From the IMG/VR virus record IMGVR_UViG_2874945390_000007: a stretch of DNA of 39,054 nt; one strand, 5' to 3'. The stretch comes from a virus (lineage: Duplodnaviria; Heunggongvirae; Uroviricota; Caudoviricetes). The first letter of the stretch is position 1. Each line of letters opens with the position of its first letter. The notes beneath the pieces are model-generated. The model did not search any database, was not told where the DNA came from, and saw nothing but the letters and a program-made list of their open reading frames with translations. The position numbers were made by a program, and so were the translations under genes. Shown one piece after another: positions 1 to 9,423 of this stretch.

Positions 1-551
1 TTATTTTGCCAACGCCAATTTAATGCTTTCCATCACAATGGGATCTTCCGGCGTCATATCCGGGGAAAAACGCTGGATGACTTTTCCGTCCCTGCCAACC
101 AGGAATTTTTCAAAATTCCATAAAATATCATCCGGGTACAGCGGTGCACGGCCTTTGCTGACCATACGGGCATAGAATCCGCTCTCTTCCGGCGCGACTG
201 CGGTCGGCGCTGCGGCAATCAATTTTTGATACAGCGGATGGCATCCTTCGCCATTAACTTCAATCTTACTGAACATCGGGAACGTCACCCCCCATGTGGT
301 GGTACAGTAAGTTTTAATCTCTTCATCGCTGCCCGGTTCTTGTTCCAGAAACTGGTTGCACGGGAATCCCAGCACCACAAAACCTCGATCGGCCAGGCTT
401 TCTGAATATTCTCCAACTGCTCATATTGCGGCGTTAAGCCACACTTTGAGGCGACATTGACAATCAACAGCACATTACCAGCGTACTTCTCCAGCGTGGT
501 CACTTCACCGTCGATATCTTTCACTACGGTCGTCAGAATGGAATCTTGCAT
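1..551 (-). pseudogene. btuE: btuE (glutathione peroxidase BtuE) with reading frame broken by an apparent 1-nt deletion
   Basis: Two minus-strand ORFs (285..551 N-terminal part MQDSILTTVVKDIDGEV...ENIQKAW; 1..378 C-terminal part ...GFPCNQFLEQEPGS...ESIKLALAK) together recapitulate BtuE; start-to-stop span is 551 nt (not a multiple of 3); frame switch falls near 390-397 in a short G/C run. Confidence 0.8.
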
Positions 552-613
552 CGTTTCTCCTGGGTGTGGTCAGTAAAAATCTTAGCTTTTAATCATAGAC
601 CGTCTTTTTGCGG

Positions 614-1594
614 CTAACGTCCTGCTTTTAACAATAACCAGATAAACACCGGCGCACCCAACGTTGCGGTGACCACGCCAATAGGCAGCTCTGCGGCAGC
701 TAATGCCAGGCGCGCTACAATATCGGCCAGCAGCAATGCGCTCGCCCCTGCCAGCGCGCAGCCGGGAAGTAATACGCGATGATCGGTTAAACCACACAAC
801 CGAAGAATATGTGGGATCACCAGACCAATAAAGCCGATAGCACCCGCCAGCGCCACACTGACGCCAACCATCCAGCCGGTCGCTGCCACCAGCACATTGC
901 GCCAGAACCACAGGGGTAAACCCAGTTGCCGCGCCGAGATCTCGCCAAGTGCTAACATATTCATCGGCCTGGACTGACAACAGATCCACAACAACACGGG
1001 GATCAATGCCAGCATCAGCCAGCTTTGCCGCCAGTCTACGCCGCCAAAACCGCCCATCATCCAGTACATCAGCTGACGTAAATCAACAGAGGTGGAAAAG
1101 TAGATAGCCCACGTCATTAGTGCGCTACAGATAATCCCTAATGCAACGCCAGCCAGCAATAACCGACTGGTCGAAAGATGACGACGGGCGAAACGTAAGA
1201 GTATTAAAGTGATGATAAGCGCGCCAGCAATCGCACACAGCCCTAGCGCCCAGTTGGGGAGTTGCCCTTGCCCAAGCAATACCGCGGCGATAAGCCCCAC
1301 GCCTGCGCCGTTAGAGACGCCAAGTAGTCCAGGTTCTGCCAGAGGATTTTCAAACAACGCCTTCATTACAGCGCCGGATATAGCCAGCGCCGCACCAACC
1401 AGCAATACAGCCAGCGTACGTGGCAGGCGAATTTGCCAGACGAACAGTTCGCCACGAGGAGTAAACCAGTCACCTGGCGAGATCCATTGTTCACCGGCGC
1501 AAAGGCTTAAGAGAAGCGCCAGCAGCATCAAAACTGACAGGCATAATAACCAGCGAATATTTTGTCGCTGTTGTTGGCGGGCAAGTGTCAGCAT
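614..1594 (-). CDS. btuC: vitamin B12 ABC importer permease BtuC
   Basis: 326-aa multi-TM protein [17 protein letters not shown]... recognisable as BtuC; immediately upstream of btuE as in the btuCED operon. Confidence 0.93.
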   Translation of the reverse strand: MLTLARQQQRQNIRWLLCLSVLMLLALLLSLCAGEQWISPGDWFTPRGELFVWQIRLPRTLAVLLVGAALAISGAVMKALFENPLAEPGLLGVSNGAGVGLIAAVLLGQGQLPNWALGLCAIAGALIITLILLRFARRHLSTSRLLLAGVALGIICSALMTWAIYFSTSVDLRQLMYWMMGGFGGVDWRQSWLMLALIPVLLWICCQSRPMNMLALGEISARQLGLPLWFWRNVLVAATGWMVGVSVALAGAIGFIGLVIPHILRLCGLTDHRVLLPGCALAGASALLLADIVARLALAAAELPIGVVTATLGAPVFIWLLLKAGR

Positions 1595-1650
1595 GGTATC
1601 CGTTCTGCTGAAGTGTCATGGCGTTGATTTTACGGTGACTCTTCGACAGT

Positions 1651-1677
1651 GAAAAGAAAAAAGGCCGCAGAGCGGCC
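1651..1677 (-). terminator. intrinsic terminator (minus-strand sense)
   Basis: GC stem ggccgc/gcggcc at 1663..1677 followed on the minus strand by a U-run (complement of gaaaagaaaaaa at 1651..1662); lies 110 bp downstream of the int-distal cargo gene and upstream of btuC. Confidence 0.55.
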
Positions 1678-1786
1678 ATAAACACAAACAAAAATCAATA
1701 AGTTAGGTAATTATCAAAGACTTACAGACACACAAAAACACAGCCAACCACAACAAATAACAGAGATGTGGTCAATTTGTGGATCA

Positions 1787-2224
1787 TCAGCCAACAAATT
1801 TAGCAACAAATACAGCAACCGCCGCTGTGAAAATGGTTGTGCACACTGGCACAATAATGCCACTCCAACGCCACTTCGTATTATCATCAACCTTGTCAAA
1901 CCGCCGATTCATCTCATCCATAATCTTGTCAAAGCGTTTATCCATCGCTTCGGTAAGCTCACCCTTCAGGCTGTTAATGTCTGATTTGAGCTGCTCTTTC
2001 AGGTTAGCTGTATCAGATTTAAGCTCACCTTTCAGATTCGCAATATCGCATTCAAGATCACCTTTCAGATGTGCTATGTCTGCTTTGAGTTCACCTTTCA
2101 CCTCACCAACATCGGCTTTAGTTGAGAGGTTTGTAGTGCGTTCAGCAAGCGTCGCAAGGTCGTTTCTTGTTAGCGATAAATCACCTTCGAGCCGCTCAAT
2201 TCGCCTTTCAAGTTTATCTGACAT
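1787..2224 (-). CDS. tail-anchored coiled-coil protein with 11-residue repeats and C-terminal transmembrane helix (phage accessory/moron gene)
   Basis: ORF 1787..2341; preferred start ATG at 2224 (MSDKLERRIERLEGDL...) preceded by GGAGG; repeats ...DIAHLKGDLEC DIANLKGELKS DTANLKEQLKS DINSLKGELTE...; hydrophobic C-terminus IIVPVCTTIFTAAVAVFVAKFVG. Confidence 0.6.
   Translation of the reverse strand: MSDKLERRIERLEGDLSLTRNDLATLAERTTNLSTKADVGEVKGELKADIAHLKGDLECDIANLKGELKSDTANLKEQLKSDINSLKGELTEAMDKRFDKIMDEMNRRFDKVDDNTKWRWSGIIVPVCTTIFTAAVAVFVAKFVG
1951..2112. repeat. about five imperfect 33-bp tandem repeats inside the coiled-coil gene
   Basis: Units such as ctgatttgagctgctctttcaggttagctgtat / cagatttaagctcacctttcagattcgcaatat / cgcattcaagatcacctttcagatgtgctatgt / ctgctttgagttcacctttcacctcaccaacat in head-to-tail array; period 33 bp = 11 codons. 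Confidence 0.8.
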
Positions 2225-2324
2225 TCCGCCTCCACTACTGCCGCCATCGCCACCATGATAAAGCACATCACGCTCAGAATGCGACACACTACCTGCTGAA
2301 TTACCGAAAAGATTTCTTGCTACA

Positions 2325-2825
2325 TTACCCATTATCACCATCCTGCGCTTTGTCTTTCTCCAACCACTTCAGCACCGCAGACGTACGATAAAGGCTCAGG
2401 TAACCACAATTCAGGCAATGCAGCGTGTAATAAGTTTTGCGCATATCAGGTATGCTCTTAACATCACCCAAAAAAGCATAAGATACATAATGCTTTATGT
2501 TCTCTTTAATTAACTCACTCTGTTCCTCCAGGGGTAGATTGTTAAAATTTTCTGGTTTCTTATTTTTATCCCAGCAAAGATCCATACTTTCTGGAACAGA
2601 TAATCGCGACGATCCACATGAAGGGCAGACACTGGAGACCCCCTTCTCAGACAAGAAACGGAAGAAGATTTCTGGCGTAATCTCCATCAGCCGCTCTTTA
2701 TGTTTTTTGACACGACTCATCGACTTCTTATTGATTTCATCAGCTTCTTCTTTGCATTTATCTTCTATATATTTCGATAGTAAATAGTCATATAACTCTT
2801 TTTTTGTAGGTTTTTTTATTTCCAT
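2325..2825 (-). CDS. hypothetical zinc-ribbon protein (two CxxC pairs), AT-rich cargo gene downstream of int
   Basis: 166-aa ORF MEIKKPTKKELYDYLLSKY... with CPSCG and CLNCG motifs; visibly AT-rich codon usage; start lies 3 nt after the int stop, same strand. Confidence 0.55.
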   Translation of the reverse strand: MEIKKPTKKELYDYLLSKYIEDKCKEEADEINKKSMSRVKKHKERLMEITPEIFFRFLSEKGVSSVCPSCGSSRLSVPESMDLCWDKNKKPENFNNLPLEEQSELIKENIKHYVSYAFLGDVKSIPDMRKTYYTLHCLNCGYLSLYRTSAVLKWLEKDKAQDGDNG

Positions 2826-2827
2826 AG

Positions 2828-3805
2828 TTACATTCCTCCCAAGGGATTAAACCTCACCGCATCCTGCAAGTAATCCGGCGCAAGATGGGCATAAATCATC
2901 GTTGTCTGAATCTTTGCGTGCCCCAGAATTTTCTGGAGCGTCAGAATATTGCCGCCGTTCATCATGAAATGACTGGCGAAGGTGTGGCGCAGCGCATGAA
3001 CAGCCTGGCCGTCAGGAACATCAGGTGCGACCGTTTTGATGACATCGCGAACCAATGAATAATCCAGCGTCGGAAACACCAGTTTCCCGCCCCGTTTTTT
3101 GATCTTTTCAAACAGGCTTTCAGAAATAGGAACGGTACGGTTTTTGCTGTTCTTCGTTTTTGAAAAAGTGATTCGACAATGAAGAACACGGCGCTGCTCC
3201 AGTGCCGCTACCTCGCCCCATCGCGCCCCGGTCGACAGAAGGATTTCGACGGCCAGCCGTTCATCGGGATTTTCAGCCAGTGCATCCAGCAACTGAACAC
3301 ATTCAGACTTACTCAGATATCCCATTTCACGCTCGTTAACCTTCATTCCTTTAAGGCCTTGAACGGGGTTATCGTTAAGAAAATGGCCGGATGAGATGAG
3401 TGCGGTAAACATCGCGCTTAACGCCCCAATCTCTCGATTTATGGTGCTGGGCTGTATCCCCTGCTCTATCCTGGACACACGTAGCTCGGTGAGCATCGTT
3501 GTATTAAGTTTATGCACGCACGGGTCATCCATTGCCTCACTCAAGCGCAGCAATTTAAGGCGCGTGTTATGCCCTGACTTCATTAGCTGGCCGTGGTATT
3601 TCCACCACAAGTCAATAAGCACTGACAGCGGACGGCGATCAATGGAGTTTCCTTTCCACTCATTGTTATGCTGTTGCGCCAGCACCCACCGCTCATATAA
3701 AACTGCATCCGATTTCGTTTTAAATTTTTTGCGAATGCGTTTGCCTTTACGCCCCTCAGGACGCATGTCAAGAAGATACCCTCCCGGAATTGATTTTATG
3801 CTCAT
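2828..3805 (-). CDS. int: P2-type tyrosine integrase
   Basis: ORF 2828..3955; start preferred at ATG 3805 (MSIKSIPGGYLLDMRPEGRKGKRIRKKF...) matching P2 Int N-terminus; conserved ...LSTGARWGEVA..., ...HALRHTFASHFMMNGGNILTLQKILGH...IYAH... catalytic region. Confidence 0.92.
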   Translation of the reverse strand: MSIKSIPGGYLLDMRPEGRKGKRIRKKFKTKSDAVLYERWVLAQQHNNEWKGNSIDRRPLSVLIDLWWKYHGQLMKSGHNTRLKLLRLSEAMDDPCVHKLNTTMLTELRVSRIEQGIQPSTINREIGALSAMFTALISSGHFLNDNPVQGLKGMKVNEREMGYLSKSECVQLLDALAENPDERLAVEILLSTGARWGEVAALEQRRVLHCRITFSKTKNSKNRTVPISESLFEKIKKRGGKLVFPTLDYSLVRDVIKTVAPDVPDGQAVHALRHTFASHFMMNGGNILTLQKILGHAKIQTTMIYAHLAPDYLQDAVRFNPLGGM

Positions 3806-3854
3806 TCGTGAAGCCCCAGCGTTACAAGACCACCATGCCCCCAGCGTTCCATGA

Positions 3855-4166
3855 TTAGCCGGGCTGTGTGCCAGTCTTGCGGGATTTTTGAGAAGACGAT
3901 GTGTTTTCTGGCCCATCAGGGGAGAGAGAAGGACTGATCTGCCCAGCAGCCTCATTTGTTTCGTTACTCATCAACCACGTAGTGTATTTTTTAAATTCCG
4001 GGTGCATTGTGATTTTCAGTAAAACCTCCGTTCCCACACCTCGAATACCAGTCTCGTATTGCTTAACCGTACCAACCGCAATACCTATTGAATCCGCGAA
4101 CTTTGCCTGACTAAGCCCCTCAGATTCTCGAATTGCTTTTAGCTTCTTTGATATCTCTATTGACAT
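3855..4166 (-). CDS. C: immunity repressor, P2 C-like
   Basis: ORF 3855..4268; start preferred at ATG 4166 (MSIEISKKLKAIRESEGLSQAKFADSIGIAVGTVKQYETG...) giving about 103 aa with N-terminal HTH and ...FKKYTTWLMSNE...GQISP... resembling P2 C; upstream of int on same strand. Confidence 0.8.
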   Translation of the reverse strand: MSIEISKKLKAIRESEGLSQAKFADSIGIAVGTVKQYETGIRGVGTEVLLKITMHPEFKKYTTWLMSNETNEAAGQISPSLSPDGPENTSSSQKSRKTGTQPG

Positions 4167-4261
4167 GGTGTGCACCTGAATACTATATTGGTTATCAGTT
4201 GAGTACCACTTGACGCTACAAAGAGCCACAAATAGCACCAGATTGAATAGGTTATCACACC
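4167..4261. promoter_or_regulatory. divergent immunity/early promoter-operator region (Pc/Pe equivalent)
   Basis: 95-bp intergenic spacer between leftward repressor gene and rightward early operon; contains TTGACG and TTGAAT -35-like hexamers; assignment is positional. Confidence 0.5.
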
Positions 4262-4540
4262 ATGGCAAAAGTCCTTAACACATACGAACAAGCGGATTTT
4301 GAGCGTTTGGCGGCGTTCTACCCATACCGTAATGAACATGGGCTACCGGTACTTGAAGAAAGCCTAGAGGATTATGCGAAACGCACAAATCAAAGCATTC
4401 TCGCTGTAAGAAGGCAGGCTGATAGATCGGTAATTCCCGTTACTCAAGAAGGAAGAAACACAAAACGCAAAGTAAATCTCTTCGCAATTTTCCTGAAAAC
4501 CATCAGAAACGCAGAGAAATACGTGCAGATGACAAAATAA
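4262..4540 (+). CDS. first gene of rightward early operon; Cox/Apl-like regulator by position
   Basis: 92-aa ORF MAKVLNTYEQADFERLAAFYP...; position equivalent to P2 cox / 186 apl; no sequence-level recognition. Confidence 0.45.
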   Translation: MAKVLNTYEQADFERLAAFYPYRNEHGLPVLEESLEDYAKRTNQSILAVRRQADRSVIPVTQEGRNTKRKVNLFAIFLKTIRNAEKYVQMTK

Positions 4541-4554
4541 CGAGGTGTCATTTT

Positions 4555-4893
4555 ATGCTGAAGCAACGCCGTAATTTTTGTACCGGAACAGAACGCCACG
4601 CTAACCGTTTCACTACCAGTGCATCACGCAGCAACATCCGCTACAGCCTGAGTGATACACACGCAACGCCGGATGGCTACCCAGTAAAACAAATCGGCGA
4701 GCACGCCTGGCTGATTGAGAAAGCTGGAATCGTGATCCACAAATGCCCACGCAATCCGTTTACCGGAAACCGCATTTTTGCACTGAGCTGTGGCGACAAT
4801 CAGTTCGGGCAGGATTTCACATTATACGAAGCACTTCGCACGGTTGATCGTCTGCTTCGCGGGCAAAGTTTTATTAAACAGGCTGATTTATAA
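4555..4893 (+). CDS. hypothetical early protein
   Basis: 112-aa ORF in early operon; start uncertain. Confidence 0.4.
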   Translation: MLKQRRNFCTGTERHANRFTTSASRSNIRYSLSDTHATPDGYPVKQIGEHAWLIEKAGIVIHKCPRNPFTGNRIFALSCGDNQFGQDFTLYEALRTVDRLLRGQSFIKQADL

Positions 4894-4903
4894 CAGGTGC
4901 TTT

Positions 4904-5191
4904 ATGACCAAAGACAATGCACAAGGTGTATTTATCCGTTTTATTGATTTTCGCGGTGAACTGTTATTACGTGCATCCGCTATTGACGGAGTGACTCCGG
5001 CGGGTAAAAACGGAGCCGACGAAGCCACTTACGTTTATCTGAACGGCACGCGACTGCTTGTGGAACTTCCGTACCAGACCGTACGAGAAATCATCAGCGA
5101 AGATGAAAAGGCACGCCAGGTTAATGGCGATGAACCCTATATCGAAATTATTTGTATGGATTCAGAAGCTGAAATACAGAAAGCAGATTAA
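4904..5191 (+). CDS. hypothetical early protein
   Basis: ORF 4790..5191; internal ATG at 4904 (MTKDNAQGVFIRFIDFRGELLL...) preferred because upstream part overlaps preceding gene. Confidence 0.45.
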   Translation: MTKDNAQGVFIRFIDFRGELLLRASAIDGVTPAGKNGADEATYVYLNGTRLLVELPYQTVREIISEDEKARQVNGDEPYIEIICMDSEAEIQKAD

Positions 5192-5199
5192 AGGGCGTT

Positions 5200-5445
5200 G
5201 TGATGGGCAAAGAATATAAAACTCTCATTAACAAAGCACTTGAGCGTTTTTATTTTCGCTTAAGTGCATCAGGCGCTCATGCTGAACGTGCGGCCCGTGA
5301 CTCATTGACCAGAGCAATCCGAAGTCTGTATGACGTGGCTTTTTACGCTGATGATCTGGATGCACTTAACGAACTTTCCGAGCTGATCTGTGCCGCAGAA
5401 TGCGGGGAACATATTGAACCGTATAAGCTGGGAAATATCGCATGA
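5200..5445 (+). CDS. hypothetical early protein
   Basis: 81-aa ORF MMGKEYKTLINKALERFYFRL... Confidence 0.45.
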   Translation: MMGKEYKTLINKALERFYFRLSASGAHAERAARDSLTRAIRSLYDVAFYADDLDALNELSELICAAECGEHIEPYKLGNIA

Positions 5446-5555
5446 GTATATTTATTTCATGGCTTGTTCTGATTATTTCGGTGGTCTGCGCCATTGGGAT
5501 TATGCGAATTATTAATTCAGTAAAAAAGATTGAACGCTTTTTCACTGAAGAATAA
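5442..5555 (+). CDS. possible small hydrophobic protein (37 aa), not in ORF track
   Basis: ATG at 5442 overlaps previous stop (ATGA); translation MSIFISWLVLIISVVCAIGIMRIINSVKKIERFFTEE has one predicted TM helix. Confidence 0.35.
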   Translation: MSIFISWLVLIISVVCAIGIMRIINSVKKIERFFTEE

Positions 5556-5641
5556 CCGCGCAAATAAGACCCTAGGTTAAATAAGAAAATGTGAAAACAA
5601 TCCGCATTCGCGGAGGTATTCGCACACGCCAAGGAGGCGTA

Positions 5642-5845
5642 ATGGCAATTAAGCATTTTCCTGTCGTTCGTTTCACCTCCAGAGGACGTGAATACGAAGT
5701 TGACGAACGCCTGATTACCACAATCGACAAACACCGTTCAGAAAAGGATGCACATCATATCTATCTCACTGACGGCACTTACTTCTGCGCCACCAACGTG
5801 GTGCAGGTGAATCTTATCAGACAGGTACAGGAGTCACGCAGATGA
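5642..5845 (+). CDS. hypothetical early protein
   Basis: ORF 5591..5845; ATG 5642 (MAIKHFPVVRFTSRGREYEVDE...) preceded by AAGGAGG. Confidence 0.5.
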   Translation: MAIKHFPVVRFTSRGREYEVDERLITTIDKHRSEKDAHHIYLTDGTYFCATNVVQVNLIRQVQESRR

Positions 5846-6087
5846 CCATTCTGGACTACATCGCTGCCAATCCGGGTTGTAGCAGTGGAGAAATCGCCGC
5901 AGCACTGAATACACCAACCACAACCATTAATGCGGAGCTACGCCGTCTCTGGCGCAGCGGTTTAGTCACAAGAAAAGAGCGCAAAACAGGCGGTCGCTTT
6001 TCTTATCAGGTAAACCTGATGCCGTTTGGGTGTAGCAACCCACTAACCCAGATGTTCAACCAGCTACTGAGGGAAATCAGAGCATGA
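5842..6087 (+). CDS. small putative winged-helix DNA-binding protein
   Basis: 81-aa ORF MTILDYIAANPGCSSGEIAAALNTPTTTINAELRRLWRSGLVTRKERK...; start overlaps previous stop. Confidence 0.45.
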   Translation: MTILDYIAANPGCSSGEIAAALNTPTTTINAELRRLWRSGLVTRKERKTGGRFSYQVNLMPFGCSNPLTQMFNQLLREIRA

Positions 6088-6228
6088 GCACCTCCAACTG
6101 CCGGAAACCACGTCGGGCTTCAGCAGCTCATCCGGCAGCAAAACAAACTCCATTAATTCCTGTTCCGGGCCTTTCCTGCACCTTGCGGCGGGAGGCCTTC
6201 GCACATCTGTAACAAGAGGATTGCCGCA

Positions 6229-6594
6229 ATGATTCTCGCCAACGACTTTCTTGAATACCTGCTCAACACAGAGCGTGATCTTGCCGCTCGCGTGCGTGAT
6301 CGTTATGACATGTACCTGAAATCCCTGCCTGTACCGCAGCTCGCTGACGGAAAGATTGTTATTGATGGTCGCTACATGATTGACAGCCACGAGGGAAATT
6401 ACAGGCTTTACCGCATTGAAGGTGGCACCCCGTCCGTTATTGGCATTTACCAGCGCCCATCCTCTGCAATCGTCGATGTGATTGCCGACAGCATCCGCAT
6501 CACACATCGCCATGCCGACACAGAAGACACCGTGCTGGAAATTCAGCGGCTGGCTACAGTCTGCCGCGACACCCTGAATGGCATGACGAAGTAA
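6229..6594 (+). CDS. hypothetical early protein
   Basis: 121-aa ORF directly preceding gene A. Confidence 0.45.
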   Translation: MILANDFLEYLLNTERDLAARVRDRYDMYLKSLPVPQLADGKIVIDGRYMIDSHEGNYRLYRIEGGTPSVIGIYQRPSSAIVDVIADSIRITHRHADTEDTVLEIQRLATVCRDTLNGMTK

Positions 6595-6600
6595 ATCACT

Positions 6601-9423
6601 ATGACGGCAGAGTACATCAGGGACTGGCAACAACCGCGCCACGCAGTGGGGCGTGAAGGAACGGGGATCCCCGCTCCTGAATCCGCGCTTTCCTCCTGGC
6701 TGGATGCCCACCGGGCAGAGAACGAGCGCCGCCAGGAAATGGCTGATGCGGCGTTCTCCGCCACGCCACTGGGCAACCTGATTAATAAAAGCCTGGACGC
6801 ACAGGAAAAACAGGACAAAACCATCACACTGGCAGGAGACGCCAGAAAACAGGCACGCGGCGCGGTGGATGAAGCCATGGCCTCGCTGCGCCTGCTGCCG
6901 TCCTATCTGCGCGATCCGCTTATTCGCCACCTCTCCTTCCTGCGCAAAAAACAGGAAGCCGATCGCCGGAAAGGCAAAAAGAGCTGGCAGGCGGAACGCT
7001 ATGCACGCGGAACCCTGCGCAAAATATTCGAACGTCTGGATCGCACTGACGGACACTGGCTGACACCGGGTTATCGCTCCCTTGCCGGACGTGAACGCCT
7101 GGACGATTTGCTTTACCTGCCGCAACTCAACAAACACCAGATACAGACGCTGGCCACCATGACGGCGGCGATGTTCAGCAGCACCTTCGAAAAACTCTGC
7201 GATGGTTTTGGCGCGACTGATGGCGAGCTGACCATGGATGTAACGCTGAAGGCGTATCAGATGCTGGCCCGCATGGCGTTACACTTACACGCCATGCCTC
7301 CGCATTATGACGCACTGACAACAGACAAAGACCGGAGGCACGAACCGGACACAGAACTGCTGCCGGGCGCAATCCTTCGCCTGACCTGTGCGGAATGGTG
7401 GAAACGCAAACTGTGGCTGTTACGTTGCGAGTGGAGAGAAGAACAACTTCGCGCCGCCTGTCTGGTTTCCAGAAAAACATCGCCCTATCTGAGCCAGGAC
7501 GCGTTAAGCGAGTTTCGCGCACAGCGCGAGAAAACACGCGATTTCCTGAAAAGTTTCATGCTGGAAAATGAAGACGGGTTCACGATTGATCTCGAGACGG
7601 TGTATTACGCGGGAGTAAGTAACCCGGTTCACCGTAAGGCAGAAATGATGGCCACCATGAAGGGGCTGGAACTTCTGGCCGAAGCCCGTGGCGACAAAGC
7701 GGTGTTTCTGACTGTCACCTGCCCGTCAAAATACCACGCCACAACGGAGAACGGTCATCCGAATCCCAAATGGAACGGGGCCACAATGCGCGACTCCAGC
7801 GATTACCTGGTTAACACGTTTTTTGCGACGGTCCGCAAAAAACTGAACCGCGACGGCCTGCGCTGGTATGGCATCCGCACGGCGGAGCCTCACCATGACG
7901 GCACCGTGCACTGGCATATGATGGTCTTTGCTCATCCGGAAGAAATCGACACCATTGTGTCCCACACCCGCGATATTGCCATTCAGGAAGATCGTCACGA
8001 GCTGGGCGATGACATAACTCCGCGCTTTAAGGCGGAGTATGTAGACGGCTCAAAAGGCACGCCAACCAGCTACATCGCCACCTACATCGGGAAAAACCTG
8101 GACAGCCGCGCCGTGGATGGCATCGACCCGAAAACGGGCAAGCCACGCGTTGACCACGAAACCGGAAAATCAATGGCCGAGAGCGTGGAACGCGCCATCG
8201 GCTGGGCGCGCCTTCACCGGGTCCGCCAGTTCCAGTTCTTTGGCATCCCCTCCCGCCAGGTATGGCGTGAACTGCGCCGCCTTGCCAGCCAGATGGCACG
8301 CAACCCGGAAGGCCCGCAACGGCTGAAGGATGACGCAATGGATGCGGTTCTTGCCGCCGCTGATGCCGGATGTTTTGCCACCTACATAGAGAAACAGGGC
8401 GGCGTACTTGTTCCACGCAAAGACTACCTGATTCGCACCGCCTACGACCTCGCCGATGAGCTGAACGATTACGGCGAACAGAGCGTACAGATTTACGGGA
8501 TCTGGTCACCACTCATCGGGGAATCCTCCCGTGTGTGCACGCATCCGGATAACTGGAAGCTGGTAAGACGCAAACCGGAAGCGGAAGACAGCGCCCGCGA
8601 AAATGGTTTTGACCTTCAGGGCGGCCCTGCCGCCCCTTGGACTCGTGGCAATAACTGTCCCCGTGTACAGGAAACGGACAACAACGGGACAGAACAGCCG
8701 GAAGAACGGCCAGCACCGTGGCCGCAGCTCCCTGACGGCGTTGATGTGGATGAATGGATGCGCTCACTGAAACGGCACGAACGCCGGGCGCTGATGCGTT
8801 CGCTTCGTGACAAACAGGCAAAAAACAGCAGTGATGAAATGCAGAGCTGGACACAGAGCCGCAAACAGCAGCGGCCTTTGCCTGATAACCACGAATTACT
8901 CGCTAAAGAATGGCGGGAGTCTGCTGAATCTCTCGGCCTGCATATCGGTGAACAACAGATGCAGCACCTGTTACGGGGCGGCAGTCTGTACGTTGACGGC
9001 AGCATCATTGCACCGCAGGGATTTGAAATTGTACGCAAACCGGATACCCGCCCGGACAGCCGAATCACGCAGCTCTGGCAGCGCCTGAGCCGTAATCATG
9101 GCGTAAGCAGCACGGAGATCCGCCATAACCCGGTCGCCAGCTATCTGACACAGCTGGGGGCATCAGACCCTGAAGCCGCCGCACGCCTGGCATCCACACT
9201 TCAGCAGGACCAGAACACCATGAAAACACCCGTTACCGTGCTTTCTGACATGCTGCGCGCCATCCGCGACGCAGAGCACGCACAGAGAATCAGTGAAACC
9301 ACTGAACGCGCCCGCCGCAAAGCAGACCTGCTGCGGGGTGGCCTGACCAGTGGAAACAAAAAACAGACAGAAACGGGACTCACGAATCCCGTAAATGAGC
9401 AAAAAACGCGCAGCGATATATGA
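6601..9423 (+). CDS. A: replication initiation endonuclease (rolling-circle initiator), P2 gpA family
   Basis: 940-aa ORF; motifs ...FLTVTCPSKYHATTENG..., ...EPHHDGTVHWHMMVF..., ...SYIATYIGKNLD... match P2/186 A proteins; ORF is longer than P2 gpA so the true start may be internal. Confidence 0.9.
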   Translation: MTAEYIRDWQQPRHAVGREGTGIPAPESALSSWLDAHRAENERRQEMADAAFSATPLGNLINKSLDAQEKQDKTITLAGDARKQARGAVDEAMASLRLLPSYLRDPLIRHLSFLRKKQEADRRKGKKSWQAERYARGTLRKIFERLDRTDGHWLTPGYRSLAGRERLDDLLYLPQLNKHQIQTLATMTAAMFSSTFEKLCDGFGATDGELTMDVTLKAYQMLARMALHLHAMPPHYDALTTDKDRRHEPDTELLPGAILRLTCAEWWKRKLWLLRCEWREEQLRAACLVSRKTSPYLSQDALSEFRAQREKTRDFLKSFMLENEDGFTIDLETVYYAGVSNPVHRKAEMMATMKGLELLAEARGDKAVFLTVTCPSKYHATTENGHPNPKWNGATMRDSSDYLVNTFFATVRKKLNRDGLRWYGIRTAEPHHDGTVHWHMMVFAHPEEIDTIVSHTRDIAIQEDRHELGDDITPRFKAEYVDGSKGTPTSYIATYIGKNLDSRAVDGIDPKTGKPRVDHETGKSMAESVERAIGWARLHRVRQFQFFGIPSRQVWRELRRLASQMARNPEGPQRLKDDAMDAVLAAADAGCFATYIEKQGGVLVPRKDYLIRTAYDLADELNDYGEQSVQIYGIWSPLIGESSRVCTHPDNWKLVRRKPEAEDSARENGFDLQGGPAAPWTRGNNCPRVQETDNNGTEQPEERPAPWPQLPDGVDVDEWMRSLKRHERRALMRSLRDKQAKNSSDEMQSWTQSRKQQRPLPDNHELLAKEWRESAESLGLHIGEQQMQHLLRGGSLYVDGSIIAPQGFEIVRKPDTRPDSRITQLWQRLSRNHGVSSTEIRHNPVASYLTQLGASDPEAAARLASTLQQDQNTMKTPVTVLSDMLRAIRDAEHAQRISETTERARRKADLLRGGLTSGNKKQTETGLTNPVNEQKTRSDI

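Noticed and set aside
582-989. 135-aa minus-strand ORF overlapping btuC in another frame
   Set aside because: Out-of-frame overlap with well-supported btuC; Arg/Gly-rich artefact.
1595-1786. attL core, and the matching attR after ogr (38724..38913)
   Set aside because: No convincing direct repeat of 10 bp or more shared between the two candidate junction regions by eye; attR may be beyond the window, so no att call is made.
1766-2258. Plus-strand ORFs (72 and 159 aa) overlapping the coiled-coil gene
   Set aside because: Generated by the 33-bp tandem repeats on the opposite strand; serine/leucine-rich repeat artefacts; the minus-strand frame has an RBS and a coherent coiled-coil/TM architecture.
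6064-7137. 357-aa minus-strand ORF antisense to the 5' part of gene A
   Set aside because: Lies entirely within and opposite a strongly supported conserved gene; sequence is Cys/Arg-rich and low-complexity as expected for a GC-rich antisense frame; no RBS context.
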